This document shows positions 26,986 through 35,223 of a DNA stretch of 64,000 nt, piece after piece (the stretch's first letter is position 1; the number at the start of each line of letters is the position of its first letter). The notes beneath the pieces were generated by a model. The model was not told the origin of the DNA. It saw nothing but the letters and a program-made list of their open reading frames with translations, and ran no database searches. Made by a program: the position numbers and the translations under genes. Source of the DNA: Chlamydiales bacterium (lineage in GTDB: Bacteria; Chlamydiota; Chlamydiia; Chlamydiales; SM23-39); the NCBI GenBank assembly GCA_028278035.1, contig JANQFC010000065.1:91279-155278 (forward strand). The letters run 5' to 3'.

Positions 26986-29006
26986 TCATTCCAACTTGTA
27001 TATCTTTCTTTCAAAGCCTTTATTTCTCTTATCCAATCAGATTTTTCTATATTTCTTCTTGGATCGCCAAAAGAATAACCGAAAGGATCATCAGGAGCAA
27101 CCCCTAAATACTGAAGGGCCCTTGTTGAAATTTCTTTAAAGATAGGAGCAGCGCAAACTCCTCCCTGCTGAAGTTTTCCTAAACCAGGCACGAATTTCTT
27201 TTCAGGTTCATCTACGACAACCATTAAAACAAATCTCGGTTTGCTGGCAGGAACAATACCTATAAAAGAAGAAATATGGGTATCTTTAGAATATTTCCCA
27301 TCTATTATTTTTTCAGCTGTTCCTGATTTTCCGCATTCAGAAAATCCCATCACGTCCCCAAGCGGTGACGTCCCACCCAGTTTAGTCGTATACTTCATGG
27401 CATCAATCAATAGATCACATGATTTTTTAGATAATATTCTATTTCTTTTACTAAAATCAAAGTTTACCGTGTTATCTTTTAAAACAATTTCTTTATCCTT
27501 ATCTTTTTTTATAATTCTTCTAAGAAGCGTCGGATTTACTTCATAGCCTCCATTAGCAATAATAGAATATGCTCTTATCATTTGAAGGCTGTTTACCATA
27601 ATATTATAACCTATAGCTAAAGAAAAAGGAGTAGCAGCCGACCATTCGGGAGTATTGTTCTGATGCATTTTACCAAATCTTGGTACAATACCCCATGTCT
27701 CTCCTGGCAACTCTATATCTGTAGGCTTGCCGAAATTAAAAAGTTCGGTAAGGGCATTTCTGTACCATTTTTCTCCTAAAGTATATACTAGTCTTTCTAC
27801 CAATCTTGCCATATATACATTAGATGATTTTTGAACAGCCATGTTCATATTTAAAAAATTATGGAGCCTTCCATCTCTAATCGGTTTTGACCTTCCGGGA
27901 AAATATCCATTAGAAGTGTCCATTTTATCTTCCGGAAAAAATAAAGGTCTTCTGCCTACTTTGGTAAGTTCTTCATTCGCCCTTAAACAAACAGCCAAGG
28001 TAATAGGTTTCATAATACTGCCAGGCTCATAAGCATCAACAATAGCTTTCAGCTTGGTATGCTCTAACATATCTTTTTGGTTATAATATTCAGAATATTT
28101 TCTAACATCAAAACAAGGGTTTTGGGCAAAGGCCAAAATCTCTCCGGAATATGGGTCCATCATTACCGCCCACCCGCCTCTGCCGTTTACTTTTTTCACC
28201 CCTTTGGCCAACTCTTCTTCTGTGATAGTCTGCAGGTAATGATTAATGGTTAAATAAATATCCGCACCATTTTCAGGCTCTTCTATAACAATTCCTGTAT
28301 CGATATTCCTTCTAGGCGACCTTGTTATCATCCTCTTGCCTAACTTGCCTTTTAGAAAATCATTGAAATAAAGCTCTAAACCTCCAGTCGGCAAGGACTG
28401 AAAAGTATAAAAATCTTTTTCCTCCTGCACGGTATGCAAAACCTGTCCCAATAAAGAACCGAATGGATAAGACCTTTTATAGTCCTGAATAAAAAATATT
28501 GCATTTCTGGCTATTTTTTCTTTCTTGGCAAAGGCAAGCCACCAAGCCGTTATTTTATTTTTTTCATTTCTGTCCAGCCATGTAAAAATCTTTCTACTTC
28601 TGCTTTTTTTATAAAAATCAGAAAATATCTTTTCTTTTTGATCTATTGATATATCAACAAACTCAAAAAACTTTTTAACGACTGCTTTTTTATGTTGCAA
28701 CGGAATAGACTCAGGATCTATATATAAATGAAATTTAGGAACCTCTACAACAAAAGGTAAGCTTTTTTCAGGATGGTCTTTTTTTACTGTAGTATTGGAA
28801 TAAAAAGTGCCCCTCATGAAATATTCTGTTACAACCTGTTTATGCTGCGAAGATGCAATCCTATTCCACTTTTCTCCTTGAATGATCTGAAGACGATAAA
28901 ACTGAATAATTATAAGGCAAAAACAAAAAAAAATAAAAACAGAGACAATAACTAATCTTTTACGATCTTGCGCATCGACAAGATGAGACTTCTTTTTTTT
29001 CGCCAT
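26982..29006 (-). CDS. ftsI: Penicillin-binding protein 3 / FtsI-type transpeptidase
   Basis: N-terminal TM anchor. SxxK 'GSIMKP', SxN 'SSN' and KSGT 'GKSGTA' motifs. 4-nt overlap with murE. Confidence 0.9.
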   Translation of the reverse strand: MAKKKKSHLVDAQDRKRLVIVSVFIFFCFCLIIIQFYRLQIIQGEKWNRIASSQHKQVVTEYFMRGTFYSNTTVKKDHPEKSLPFVVEVPKFHLYIDPESIPLQHKKAVVKKFFEFVDISIDQKEKIFSDFYKKSRSRKIFTWLDRNEKNKITAWWLAFAKKEKIARNAIFFIQDYKRSYPFGSLLGQVLHTVQEEKDFYTFQSLPTGGLELYFNDFLKGKLGKRMITRSPRRNIDTGIVIEEPENGADIYLTINHYLQTITEEELAKGVKKVNGRGGWAVMMDPYSGEILAFAQNPCFDVRKYSEYYNQKDMLEHTKLKAIVDAYEPGSIMKPITLAVCLRANEELTKVGRRPLFFPEDKMDTSNGYFPGRSKPIRDGRLHNFLNMNMAVQKSSNVYMARLVERLVYTLGEKWYRNALTELFNFGKPTDIELPGETWGIVPRFGKMHQNNTPEWSAATPFSLAIGYNIMVNSLQMIRAYSIIANGGYEVNPTLLRRIIKKDKDKEIVLKDNTVNFDFSKRNRILSKKSCDLLIDAMKYTTKLGGTSPLGDVMGFSECGKSGTAEKIIDGKYSKDTHISSFIGIVPASKPRFVLMVVVDEPEKKFVPGLGKLQQGGVCAAPIFKEISTRALQYLGVAPDDPFGYSFGDPRRNIEKSDWIREIKALKERYTSWNE

Positions 29007-29009
29007 TTT

Positions 29010-29324
29010 TTAATTTGCAATAATATTTTCTTCTTTTAAAGCAACTCCCTGAGGAAGGGTCAGTACATCATCTACGAAAGGATGCTTTAAATGTCCAAAT
29101 TCCGGTTTTCTAACTAGCTCCATTAAATGAGCCGGGCTTTCAAACATTTCAATCTCATATTTCATTTTCTTGATCTCTTCTTTCGTATCATTTATTTCCT
29201 TCGCAATTTTCGGAAGCTCAATTTTCAATGATGTCAGCTCATTTTGCTTATCCATATAAGAATATAGACAAAGGCCAAAAACTAAAAGACATAATAATAT
29301 TTTAAACATTAAAGATTTATTCAT
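29010..29324 (-). CDS. FtsL-like small bitopic division protein
   Basis: 104 aa, a single N-terminal TM followed by a coiled coil. Sits between rsmH and ftsI, where ftsL sits in dcw clusters. Confidence 0.4.
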   Translation of the reverse strand: MNKSLMFKILLCLLVFGLCLYSYMDKQNELTSLKIELPKIAKEINDTKEEIKKMKYEIEMFESPAHLMELVRKPEFGHLKHPFVDDVLTLPQGVALKEENIIAN

Positions 29325-29326
29325 TT

Positions 29327-30217
29327 TTAGCCTTTTGCCTTTTTGGCAAATCTCATCTTCGCACTTCTTGCACGAGGATTATTTTCATCTTTACCTGCCG
29401 TAACAGGCTTCTTGGTTAATACTTCTAAATTCTCATCTTCTCTAAAAGAGTGCTTTACAATCCTATCTTCTAAACTATGAAAGCTGATCACACCAATTTT
29501 TTTGTTCTCATTCAATTTTTCGGCAGCACTTCTCAGCGCTTTTTTGAGCGCCCCTAACTCATCATTAACACAAATTCTTAAAGCTTGAAATACTTTTGTT
29601 GCCGGATGGATCCTTTTTCTTTTTCCAAGAACAGGAGCTAATATCTCTACAAGCTCAAATGTGGTATTGATTTTCTTTCTTTTTCTATCCTGCACAATTT
29701 TTCTAGCAGCAGCTCTGGCCCTCTTCTCTTCACCGTATTCTTTGAAAATTCTATAAAGCTCTTTTTCCGAGTATTTATTTACGACATCTCGAGCTGTAAA
29801 GCTATTACTTTTGTTCATTCTCATATCTAACGGAGCATCGAATCTAAAACTGAACCCTCTTTCTTCAGTGTCCAGCTGCATGGAAGAAACGCCGATGTCT
29901 AAAAAAATTCCATCGATCTTTTTGATTTTCATCTTATATAAGATGTCATCGATATTTGAAAAATTTTCGTGTACAAGTCGCACTTTTTTCATCCAGGGCT
30001 TTAAAGTTTCACTAGCAATAGCTAAAGCTGATTTGTCTTGATCGCAACCAATATATATTTCAATTTCAGGATGGGCCTCTAAAAGTGCAGCAGCATGACC
30101 TCCCGCACCTACCGTCCCATCAAAAAAAATTATCAATTTATCTTCTTCAAAAAAATTTAAAAACTCTTTTAATAGAACCGGAAAATGTTTAACTTTCTGT
30201 TTCTTTATCGCCTTCAT
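29327..30217 (-). CDS. rsmH: 16S rRNA (cytosine1402-N4)-methyltransferase RsmH (MraW)
   Basis: 'HFPVLLKE', 'DGTVGAGGHA', 'DIGVSSMQLD' and 'SFHSLEDRIVK'. Confidence 0.92.
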   Translation of the reverse strand: MKAIKKQKVKHFPVLLKEFLNFFEEDKLIIFFDGTVGAGGHAAALLEAHPEIEIYIGCDQDKSALAIASETLKPWMKKVRLVHENFSNIDDILYKMKIKKIDGIFLDIGVSSMQLDTEERGFSFRFDAPLDMRMNKSNSFTARDVVNKYSEKELYRIFKEYGEEKRARAAARKIVQDRKRKKINTTFELVEILAPVLGKRKRIHPATKVFQALRICVNDELGALKKALRSAAEKLNENKKIGVISFHSLEDRIVKHSFREDENLEVLTKKPVTAGKDENNPRARSAKMRFAKKAKG

Positions 30218-30683
30218 CTAACAATGCAAAAGCCTCTTCTGTCATTTTTGCTAAATCAAGCTCAGTATCTTTTCCTTGAAGAAGGTTGGCAAGATTTCTG
30301 TCATATACTTCTTTAGGCCAAAGCTCAATTTTATTTAGCACACCCGCAATTACTATATCTTTTTTAATATTAACGGCCTGTTTCAAATGATTTGGCAGAG
30401 TAATTCTACCAATTTTATCGCATGTTGTATGATGAAGTGTTGAGAAAAACAAGGTAAAAAATTTCTGATATTGAGCAAGATGCTGTTTTTCCTGAAATTT
30501 TTTAACAATTTTTTGGATATCGGATCTTCTATATATAGCTAAACAGCCGCCAAGACCAAGACCTACTAAAAACTCCAACCTGCCCTCTTCAACTAAACCA
30601 TACCTCATTTGTTGAGGAAGGACAAATCTATTTTTTGCGTCTAACTTGCTTGTTGCTGATCCACTAAAAAAGAACTGATCCAT
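30189..30683 (-). CDS. mraZ: Transcriptional regulator MraZ
   Basis: Two DxxxR(F/I)xLP SpoVT-AbrB repeats ('DAKNRFVLP', 'DKIGRITLP'). Start taken at the ATG at 30683 (MDQFFF). Confidence 0.8.
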   Translation of the reverse strand: MDQFFFSGSATSKLDAKNRFVLPQQMRYGLVEEGRLEFLVGLGLGGCLAIYRRSDIQKIVKKFQEKQHLAQYQKFFTLFFSTLHHTTCDKIGRITLPNHLKQAVNIKKDIVIAGVLNKIELWPKEVYDRNLANLLQGKDTELDLAKMTEEAFALLDEGDKETES

Positions 30684-30695
30684 AAACACTTTCTA

Positions 30696-30713
30696 TTCCC
30701 ACCGTTTTCCACA
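30696..30713 (-). promoter_or_regulatory. GTGG(A/G) pair at 10-bp phasing just upstream of the mraZ start (MraZ-box-like; also matches a DnaA box)
   Basis: On the mraZ strand this reads TGTGGAAAACGGTGGGAA, i.e. GTGGA-N5-GTGGG. The plus-strand TTTTCCACA (30705-30713) fits TTWTNCACA. Confidence 0.35.
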
Positions 30714-30825
30714 TAGTATCATTAAAATTTAAAAGTTGTAAATATTTTTGCAAAATAAATCCTAAAATAAAAATTATAAGTTAATTATTTTCACATTTAA
30801 ATGTCTAAAAATTAGAAAAATACAA

Positions 30826-30838
30826 AAGTTATAAACAA
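30826..30838 (+). repeat. Copy 1 of AAGTTATAAACAA motif
   Basis: Identical 13-mer at 32071-32083. The inverted 12-mer is at 32174-32185. Confidence 0.6.
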
Positions 30839-30850
30839 CAAACAAAGCCT

Positions 30851-30869
30851 GGTGGGAAATTGTGGAAAA
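30851..30869 (+). promoter_or_regulatory. Second GTGGG-N5-GTGGA pair (MraZ-box-like / DnaA-box-like), opposite orientation
   Basis: GGTGGGAAATTGTGGAAAA uses the same two words (GGTGGGAA, TGTGGAAAA) as the 30696-30713 site but in swapped order. It lies about 170 nt upstream of mraZ. Confidence 0.35.
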
Positions 30870-31120
30870 TTTGTTTAGCAATTCACCTTTCCTGATTTGA
30901 CTTTCTTTCCCTCTTTCAACTTAAATAATTAAAAACCAACCAATTAAGCTCAAAAACTCCTTATTAAATTTATGATCAAAGTTGTGTTCAAAAGTTTTTG
31001 CAAAAACAAAAATGGAAAAAAGTGGGATAAGTTTTTTTCAAAAAAAACAAAAAAATAATCTTGCTTTTATTATATTATTATAATGATACAATAACTTAAT
31101 AAGATAAAATAAGGTGCAAA

Positions 31121-31558
31121 ATGGATAAAGCTAAAACAGTAGACAACTTAGGACCTAGAGCTCACGAAAGGTTTATTGAAAATGCAAAACTTTTAAGTGA
31201 TGAAGAACTGCAAAAAGTAATTCAAACTCCAACAGTTGCAAAAAGAACGGAAACTCTAACAACTACACCAATATATCCCGAACTTATAAAACTTTGGCAG
31301 CTTCAAAATAATGCAGCATGGCCTTTTGAAAAACCTCCTTTTTTTGAAACAGCAAGCTCGAATCTTTTCTCTAACCAATTGGTTCCAAATTTAGGGCCTC
31401 TTGATGAATTTATCGAAAAATTAGAGTCTGAAAAATCTTCAGATCCGGAAATTGAAAAACAAAGAAATCAACTAATAGATTTTGCAACACGCATGAAACG
31501 GTTAAATAAAGTATTAGAAGATATCAAAAAAAAACAAGATGAATATCATAAAGGATAA
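31121..31558 (+). CDS. Hypothetical protein (145 aa), translationally coupled to the downstream TPR gene
   Basis: ORF with SD AAGGTG. The C-terminus is a coiled coil. The stop at 31556-31558 is 2 nt before the next ATG. Confidence 0.5.
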   Translation: MDKAKTVDNLGPRAHERFIENAKLLSDEELQKVIQTPTVAKRTETLTTTPIYPELIKLWQLQNNAAWPFEKPPFFETASSNLFSNQLVPNLGPLDEFIEKLESEKSSDPEIEKQRNQLIDFATRMKRLNKVLEDIKKKQDEYHKG

Positions 31559-31560
31559 AT

Positions 31561-31947
31561 ATGGACTGGATGGATTATTTAGAGCTTAATGAATCAACCT
31601 TAGATGATCTAAGACTTGTTGGATATTCTTATGTAAAACAAGGATGTTATGATATTGCAATTGATTTTTTCAAAGCACTTATAATACTTAATCCCAACAG
31701 TATCTATGATCTTCAAACATTGGGAGCTTTATATCTTCAAAAAGAAAACTTCATGCTGGCCTTAGAATACTTAGATAAGGCAATAAAACTTGCTCCTTTT
31801 AACTATCTGGCAATGCTGAACAAAACAAGAGCCTTATTTTCCATAGGTTATACAAATCAGGCAATGTCTCAAGCTAAAGAGCTAGAAAAATGCAATAATA
31901 AAAAAATTGCAGCCCAAGCTTCCGCTTTAATAAAAGCGCACGTATAA
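31561..31947 (+). CDS. Small TPR protein, class II type III secretion chaperone-like (LcrH/SycD-like)
   Basis: 128 aa, three TPR-like repeats ('YSYVKQGCYDIAIDFFKALIILNP', 'LGALYLQKENFMLALEYLDKAIKLAP'). From memory, Chlamydia CT274 occupies the same position upstream of dnaA. Confidence 0.5.
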   Translation: MDWMDYLELNESTLDDLRLVGYSYVKQGCYDIAIDFFKALIILNPNSIYDLQTLGALYLQKENFMLALEYLDKAIKLAPFNYLAMLNKTRALFSIGYTNQAMSQAKELEKCNNKKIAAQASALIKAHV

Positions 31948-32070
31948 ATTACCCTGTTGAAAACACATTCTCGAACGGTTTTTTCAATTCAAGTTTTTTA
32001 TTTTTATTAACTTAAAAATAAAAAATATTAACTAAAATTTTTTTCTAGCGCCAATTTTTTAAATGTCAGC

Positions 32071-32083
32071 AAGTTATAAACAA
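32071..32083 (+). repeat. Copy 2 of AAGTTATAAACAA motif
   Basis: Exact 13-mer repeat, in the dnaA upstream region. Confidence 0.6.
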
Positions 32084-32163
32084 TTCAAATCCTCATTTTA
32101 TAAAATTTATTGCAGGCTTTAAATTTTAATGATAGATTAAAGCAAAACCTGCTTAAAACACAT

Positions 32164-32185
32164 TGTGGAAAGGTTGTTTATAACT
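32164..32185. promoter_or_regulatory. DnaA-box-like TGTGGAAAG abutting inverted copy 3 of the 12-mer
   Basis: TGTGGAAAGG-TTGTTTATAACT. The reverse complement of the first word, CTTTCCACA, is one mismatch from TTWTNCACA. It lies 22 nt upstream of the dnaA ATG. Confidence 0.4.
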
Positions 32186-32206
32186 CATTACAAAAGAAAA
32201 GATTAA

Positions 32207-33535
32207 ATGCTTACACAAAATAAAGAAGATATCTGGCTGGAATTTATAGATTTTATACAAAAAAGAATCACTCCTATAGAATTTCAAAACTGGTTCAAAC
32301 CAATTAAAGTTTTAGACTCAAAAGAAGATGAATTAAACCTAGAAGTTCCCAATATCTTTGTTCAACAGTATCTTCTGGATAATTACAAACAGGATATGGT
32401 CTCTTTTCTACCGAAAAGCAACTCCGGAGATTTAGCTGTAAATTTTATAGTAGCCGAAAAAAAGAAACAGAAAAAAATCATATCACCTACTCTGCCGCAG
32501 CTTCCAAAAGAAGATAATATTCAGTTTAACAAACAATATACATTTGACACATTTATTGAAGGCCCGGCAAACCAGTTTGTAAAATCAGCAGCCTTAGGAG
32601 TGGCTGCAAAACCTGGTAAATCCTTTAACCCTCTATTTATTCATGGAGGAGTAGGTCTTGGTAAAACACATCTTTTGCACAGCATAGGCAACCATATAAA
32701 CATCAATCATAAAAGATCTAAAATCGAATGTGTAACAACAGAAGCTTTTATTAATGATTTGGTGACAAATCTAAAAAATAAGTCATTAAATAAAATGAAA
32801 AAGCACTATAGATCTTTAGACATATTAATTGTGGACGACATTCAATTCTTACAAAACAGACTAAACTTTGAAGAAGAATTTTGTTCTACCTTTGAAAGTC
32901 TTATTAATCAAAACAAACAGGTTGTAATAGCAAGCGATAAACCTCCTTCCATGCTTAAATTATCAGAAAGAATGATAGCCAGAATGGAATGGGGCCTGGT
33001 TGCTCATTTAGGCGTACCTGATTTAGAAACAAGAGTAGCTATTTTAAAACAAAAAGCAAAAACGAAAAATATAATATTAGATACTGAGGTTGCTTTTTTT
33101 ATAGCAGAAAGAATTTACAATAATATAAGACAGTTAGAAGGAGCGATAAATAGATTATCTGCTTATTCAAGATTGCTGAACACCCCTATTACAAAAGATA
33201 TAGCAGAAAACCTTTTAAGAGAAATGCTGGACTATACAGCTCATAAAAAAATTACAGTCGAAAGCATCTTAAAAAGTGTAGCTTCTGTTTTTGAAGTAAA
33301 AATATCCGATATCAAAGGAGATTCGAGATTAAAAAATATAGCCCTTTCCAGACAGGTTGCCATGTACCTAGCAAAAGAGCTTATAAGTGATTCTCTGCAA
33401 AAAATCGCTTCTTCTTTCGGTGGCAAGACTCATTCTACCCTTTTACATGCCTGGAAAAAAATAACAACAGAGCTAAAAAACAACAACACCTTATCCAGAC
33501 AAGTTGAAATGATCAAAAGAAACATCGAAGCATAA
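32207..33535 (+). CDS. dnaA: Chromosomal replication initiator DnaA
   Basis: 442 aa. 'NPLFIHGGVGLGKTHLLH' Walker A, 'LIVDDIQFL', and a C-terminal domain IV ('LSRQVAMYLAKEL', 'GGKTHSTLLHA'). Confidence 0.95.
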   Translation: MLTQNKEDIWLEFIDFIQKRITPIEFQNWFKPIKVLDSKEDELNLEVPNIFVQQYLLDNYKQDMVSFLPKSNSGDLAVNFIVAEKKKQKKIISPTLPQLPKEDNIQFNKQYTFDTFIEGPANQFVKSAALGVAAKPGKSFNPLFIHGGVGLGKTHLLHSIGNHININHKRSKIECVTTEAFINDLVTNLKNKSLNKMKKHYRSLDILIVDDIQFLQNRLNFEEEFCSTFESLINQNKQVVIASDKPPSMLKLSERMIARMEWGLVAHLGVPDLETRVAILKQKAKTKNIILDTEVAFFIAERIYNNIRQLEGAINRLSAYSRLLNTPITKDIAENLLREMLDYTAHKKITVESILKSVASVFEVKISDIKGDSRLKNIALSRQVAMYLAKELISDSLQKIASSFGGKTHSTLLHAWKKITTELKNNNTLSRQVEMIKRNIEA

Positions 33536-34054
33536 TCCTAATAAATAAGCTTGAGAATGCTGATATTTATTTGTTACTTTATTATATATATCCAAACTTA
33601 CAATATCCGTAATAAACAACACCTTATCTTCTTTAGAAGCTACCATCTTCATTCTTTTATTAAGTATTTTAGCTATGGTTTTTGCTAAGTAATACCTGTG
33701 ATCCTTTTTTATTTTTTTTTGAAAAACAGGCACTATATAATCGAAATCAGGCCAGCTTAACCTTTCTAACTGATATACCATATAACCGCCTGAGGCCTTG
33801 TATAGATCCAGGTTTTGTTTTTGAAGCTCTTTTACAAGAATTCTAACGGGCCCTATATTTTCAAAAGCAGCAAAATATTTTTGATTAGAAACAGGCTGCA
33901 TTAAAGAAAAATGCTCTAAACAATCTAAACAAAAAAAATTAAGATCTTTTTTTAACTGACATCTGCAGTTTAAACAAAATCTTGGATAGATAAGATCAAG
34001 TAGTGATAGTATCTTTTTTTTGAACCTAAAAAAAATGTAGTTTATATTTTTCAT
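33491..34054 (-). CDS. ComF/GntX-family protein (degenerate phosphoribosyltransferase domain)
   Basis: N-terminal double Cys pair 'CLNCRCQL...FFCLDCLEHF' as in ComFC. The PRTase motif is poorly conserved. The 3' end overlaps dnaA by 45 nt (convergent). Confidence 0.4.
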   Translation of the reverse strand: MKNINYIFFRFKKKILSLLDLIYPRFCLNCRCQLKKDLNFFCLDCLEHFSLMQPVSNQKYFAAFENIGPVRILVKELQKQNLDLYKASGGYMVYQLERLSWPDFDYIVPVFQKKIKKDHRYYLAKTIAKILNKRMKMVASKEDKVLFITDIVSLDIYNKVTNKYQHSQAYLLGLCFDVSFDHFNLSG

Positions 34055-34122
34055 TTTTTAATAAATCAAAATATAAACTACTAATTTTTTTTTTTAAACT
34101 TTTATTCTGGTTCAATAGCTTA

Positions 34123-35085
34123 TTAAAGCACACCTCTAAAACTTTCAAAAATCCTACTTATCTTTTCTTGAGCATGTTCTGAAAGTTGGGGTTTTTCACA
34201 GCCTTCGACAATAAAACCACCTTCTTTATCCCAACATAAGGCAATAGAAACAGGGATTCTTGCAACCCCAATTTCACTTCCATCTCTAATATCTGCACCG
34301 TTTAAAATAAAAGTACCGGATGCTACAGAAATATTGTTTTCCAAGTCCATAACAAAATTTATATCTTCCATACGCGGCATAATGTTTTTATCCGGGCGGC
34401 TATATGTAATTATGACTTTTTCTGTAAGATCACTAAAAAGACCTTGATTCAATAAAAGTATATTTAATTTAACAAGAATTTCTAATGTTTGCTGCTCTTG
34501 GCCGTTAAGTTTAGAAATTTCTTTTTTCAAAACCTCTAAAAATCTAGCTGCTCTCAATTGTTTGTTATCAATCTCTGATAAATTAATTATCTCGCCTTCT
34601 TTGGTTTTAATTCTATAATTACAACGAGATATATCTCTTTGAGTATTGACATTGTCCTTATCCCAAATTTCATCCAAACTAGAATTTAAAATATAGCCTA
34701 TCTCTGAAGAATCTTTTAAATAAGTTCCAATTGTCATTGCTACATGCTGTTTAGACTCTTTAATAATAGATTTCTGTAATTTTTGAAAATAAGCTGTTTC
34801 AGTCTGTTGGTCGTCTGTCCGCGCCTTTTCTTGTAATATTTGCAGCTTCACATCCTTCACTATTTTATCATCCTCAGTATCTACATATTTTTTTACTCTA
34901 CCCAATTCTTCAAATAAAGCGTTCGGATTAAATTTAAATGTAACTATTTGAAATTCATCTTCCTTTTCAGCAGAGCTTGCGCCTGCAGCTTCTGCGGTTT
35001 CAGTCGCCTGACCGGAATCGGTCAAATAAGGGGGAACCCAATTATATAAATAACTTCCTAAATCACGTAAATAATTACTCGCCAT
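34123..35085 (-). CDS. Hypothetical protein (320 aa)
   Basis: ORF only. No signal peptide, TM segment or known motif. The N-terminus is disordered and acidic. Confidence 0.5.
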   Translation of the reverse strand: MASNYLRDLGSYLYNWVPPYLTDSGQATETAEAAGASSAEKEDEFQIVTFKFNPNALFEELGRVKKYVDTEDDKIVKDVKLQILQEKARTDDQQTETAYFQKLQKSIIKESKQHVAMTIGTYLKDSSEIGYILNSSLDEIWDKDNVNTQRDISRCNYRIKTKEGEIINLSEIDNKQLRAARFLEVLKKEISKLNGQEQQTLEILVKLNILLLNQGLFSDLTEKVIITYSRPDKNIMPRMEDINFVMDLENNISVASGTFILNGADIRDGSEIGVARIPVSIALCWDKEGGFIVEGCEKPQLSEHAQEKISRIFESFRGVL

Positions 35086-35223
35086 AACCTTATCTCCTGT
35101 TTTCTAAGTATTATAACGTATTCAAAGATAGTTATCAATTAATTGCAAATTATCACATAAAAAACTTTTTATTTGATTTAAAATTAAAATTTTAATTATT
35201 ACAAATAAAAAAATAATTATAAA

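Noticed and set aside
30972-31058. 28-codon ORF (MIKVVFKSFCKNKNGKKWDKFFSKKTKK) in the mraZ / 31121 intergenic region
   Set aside because: It is very short, Lys-rich because of A-tracts, and lacks an SD. It more likely reflects the regulatory region's composition.
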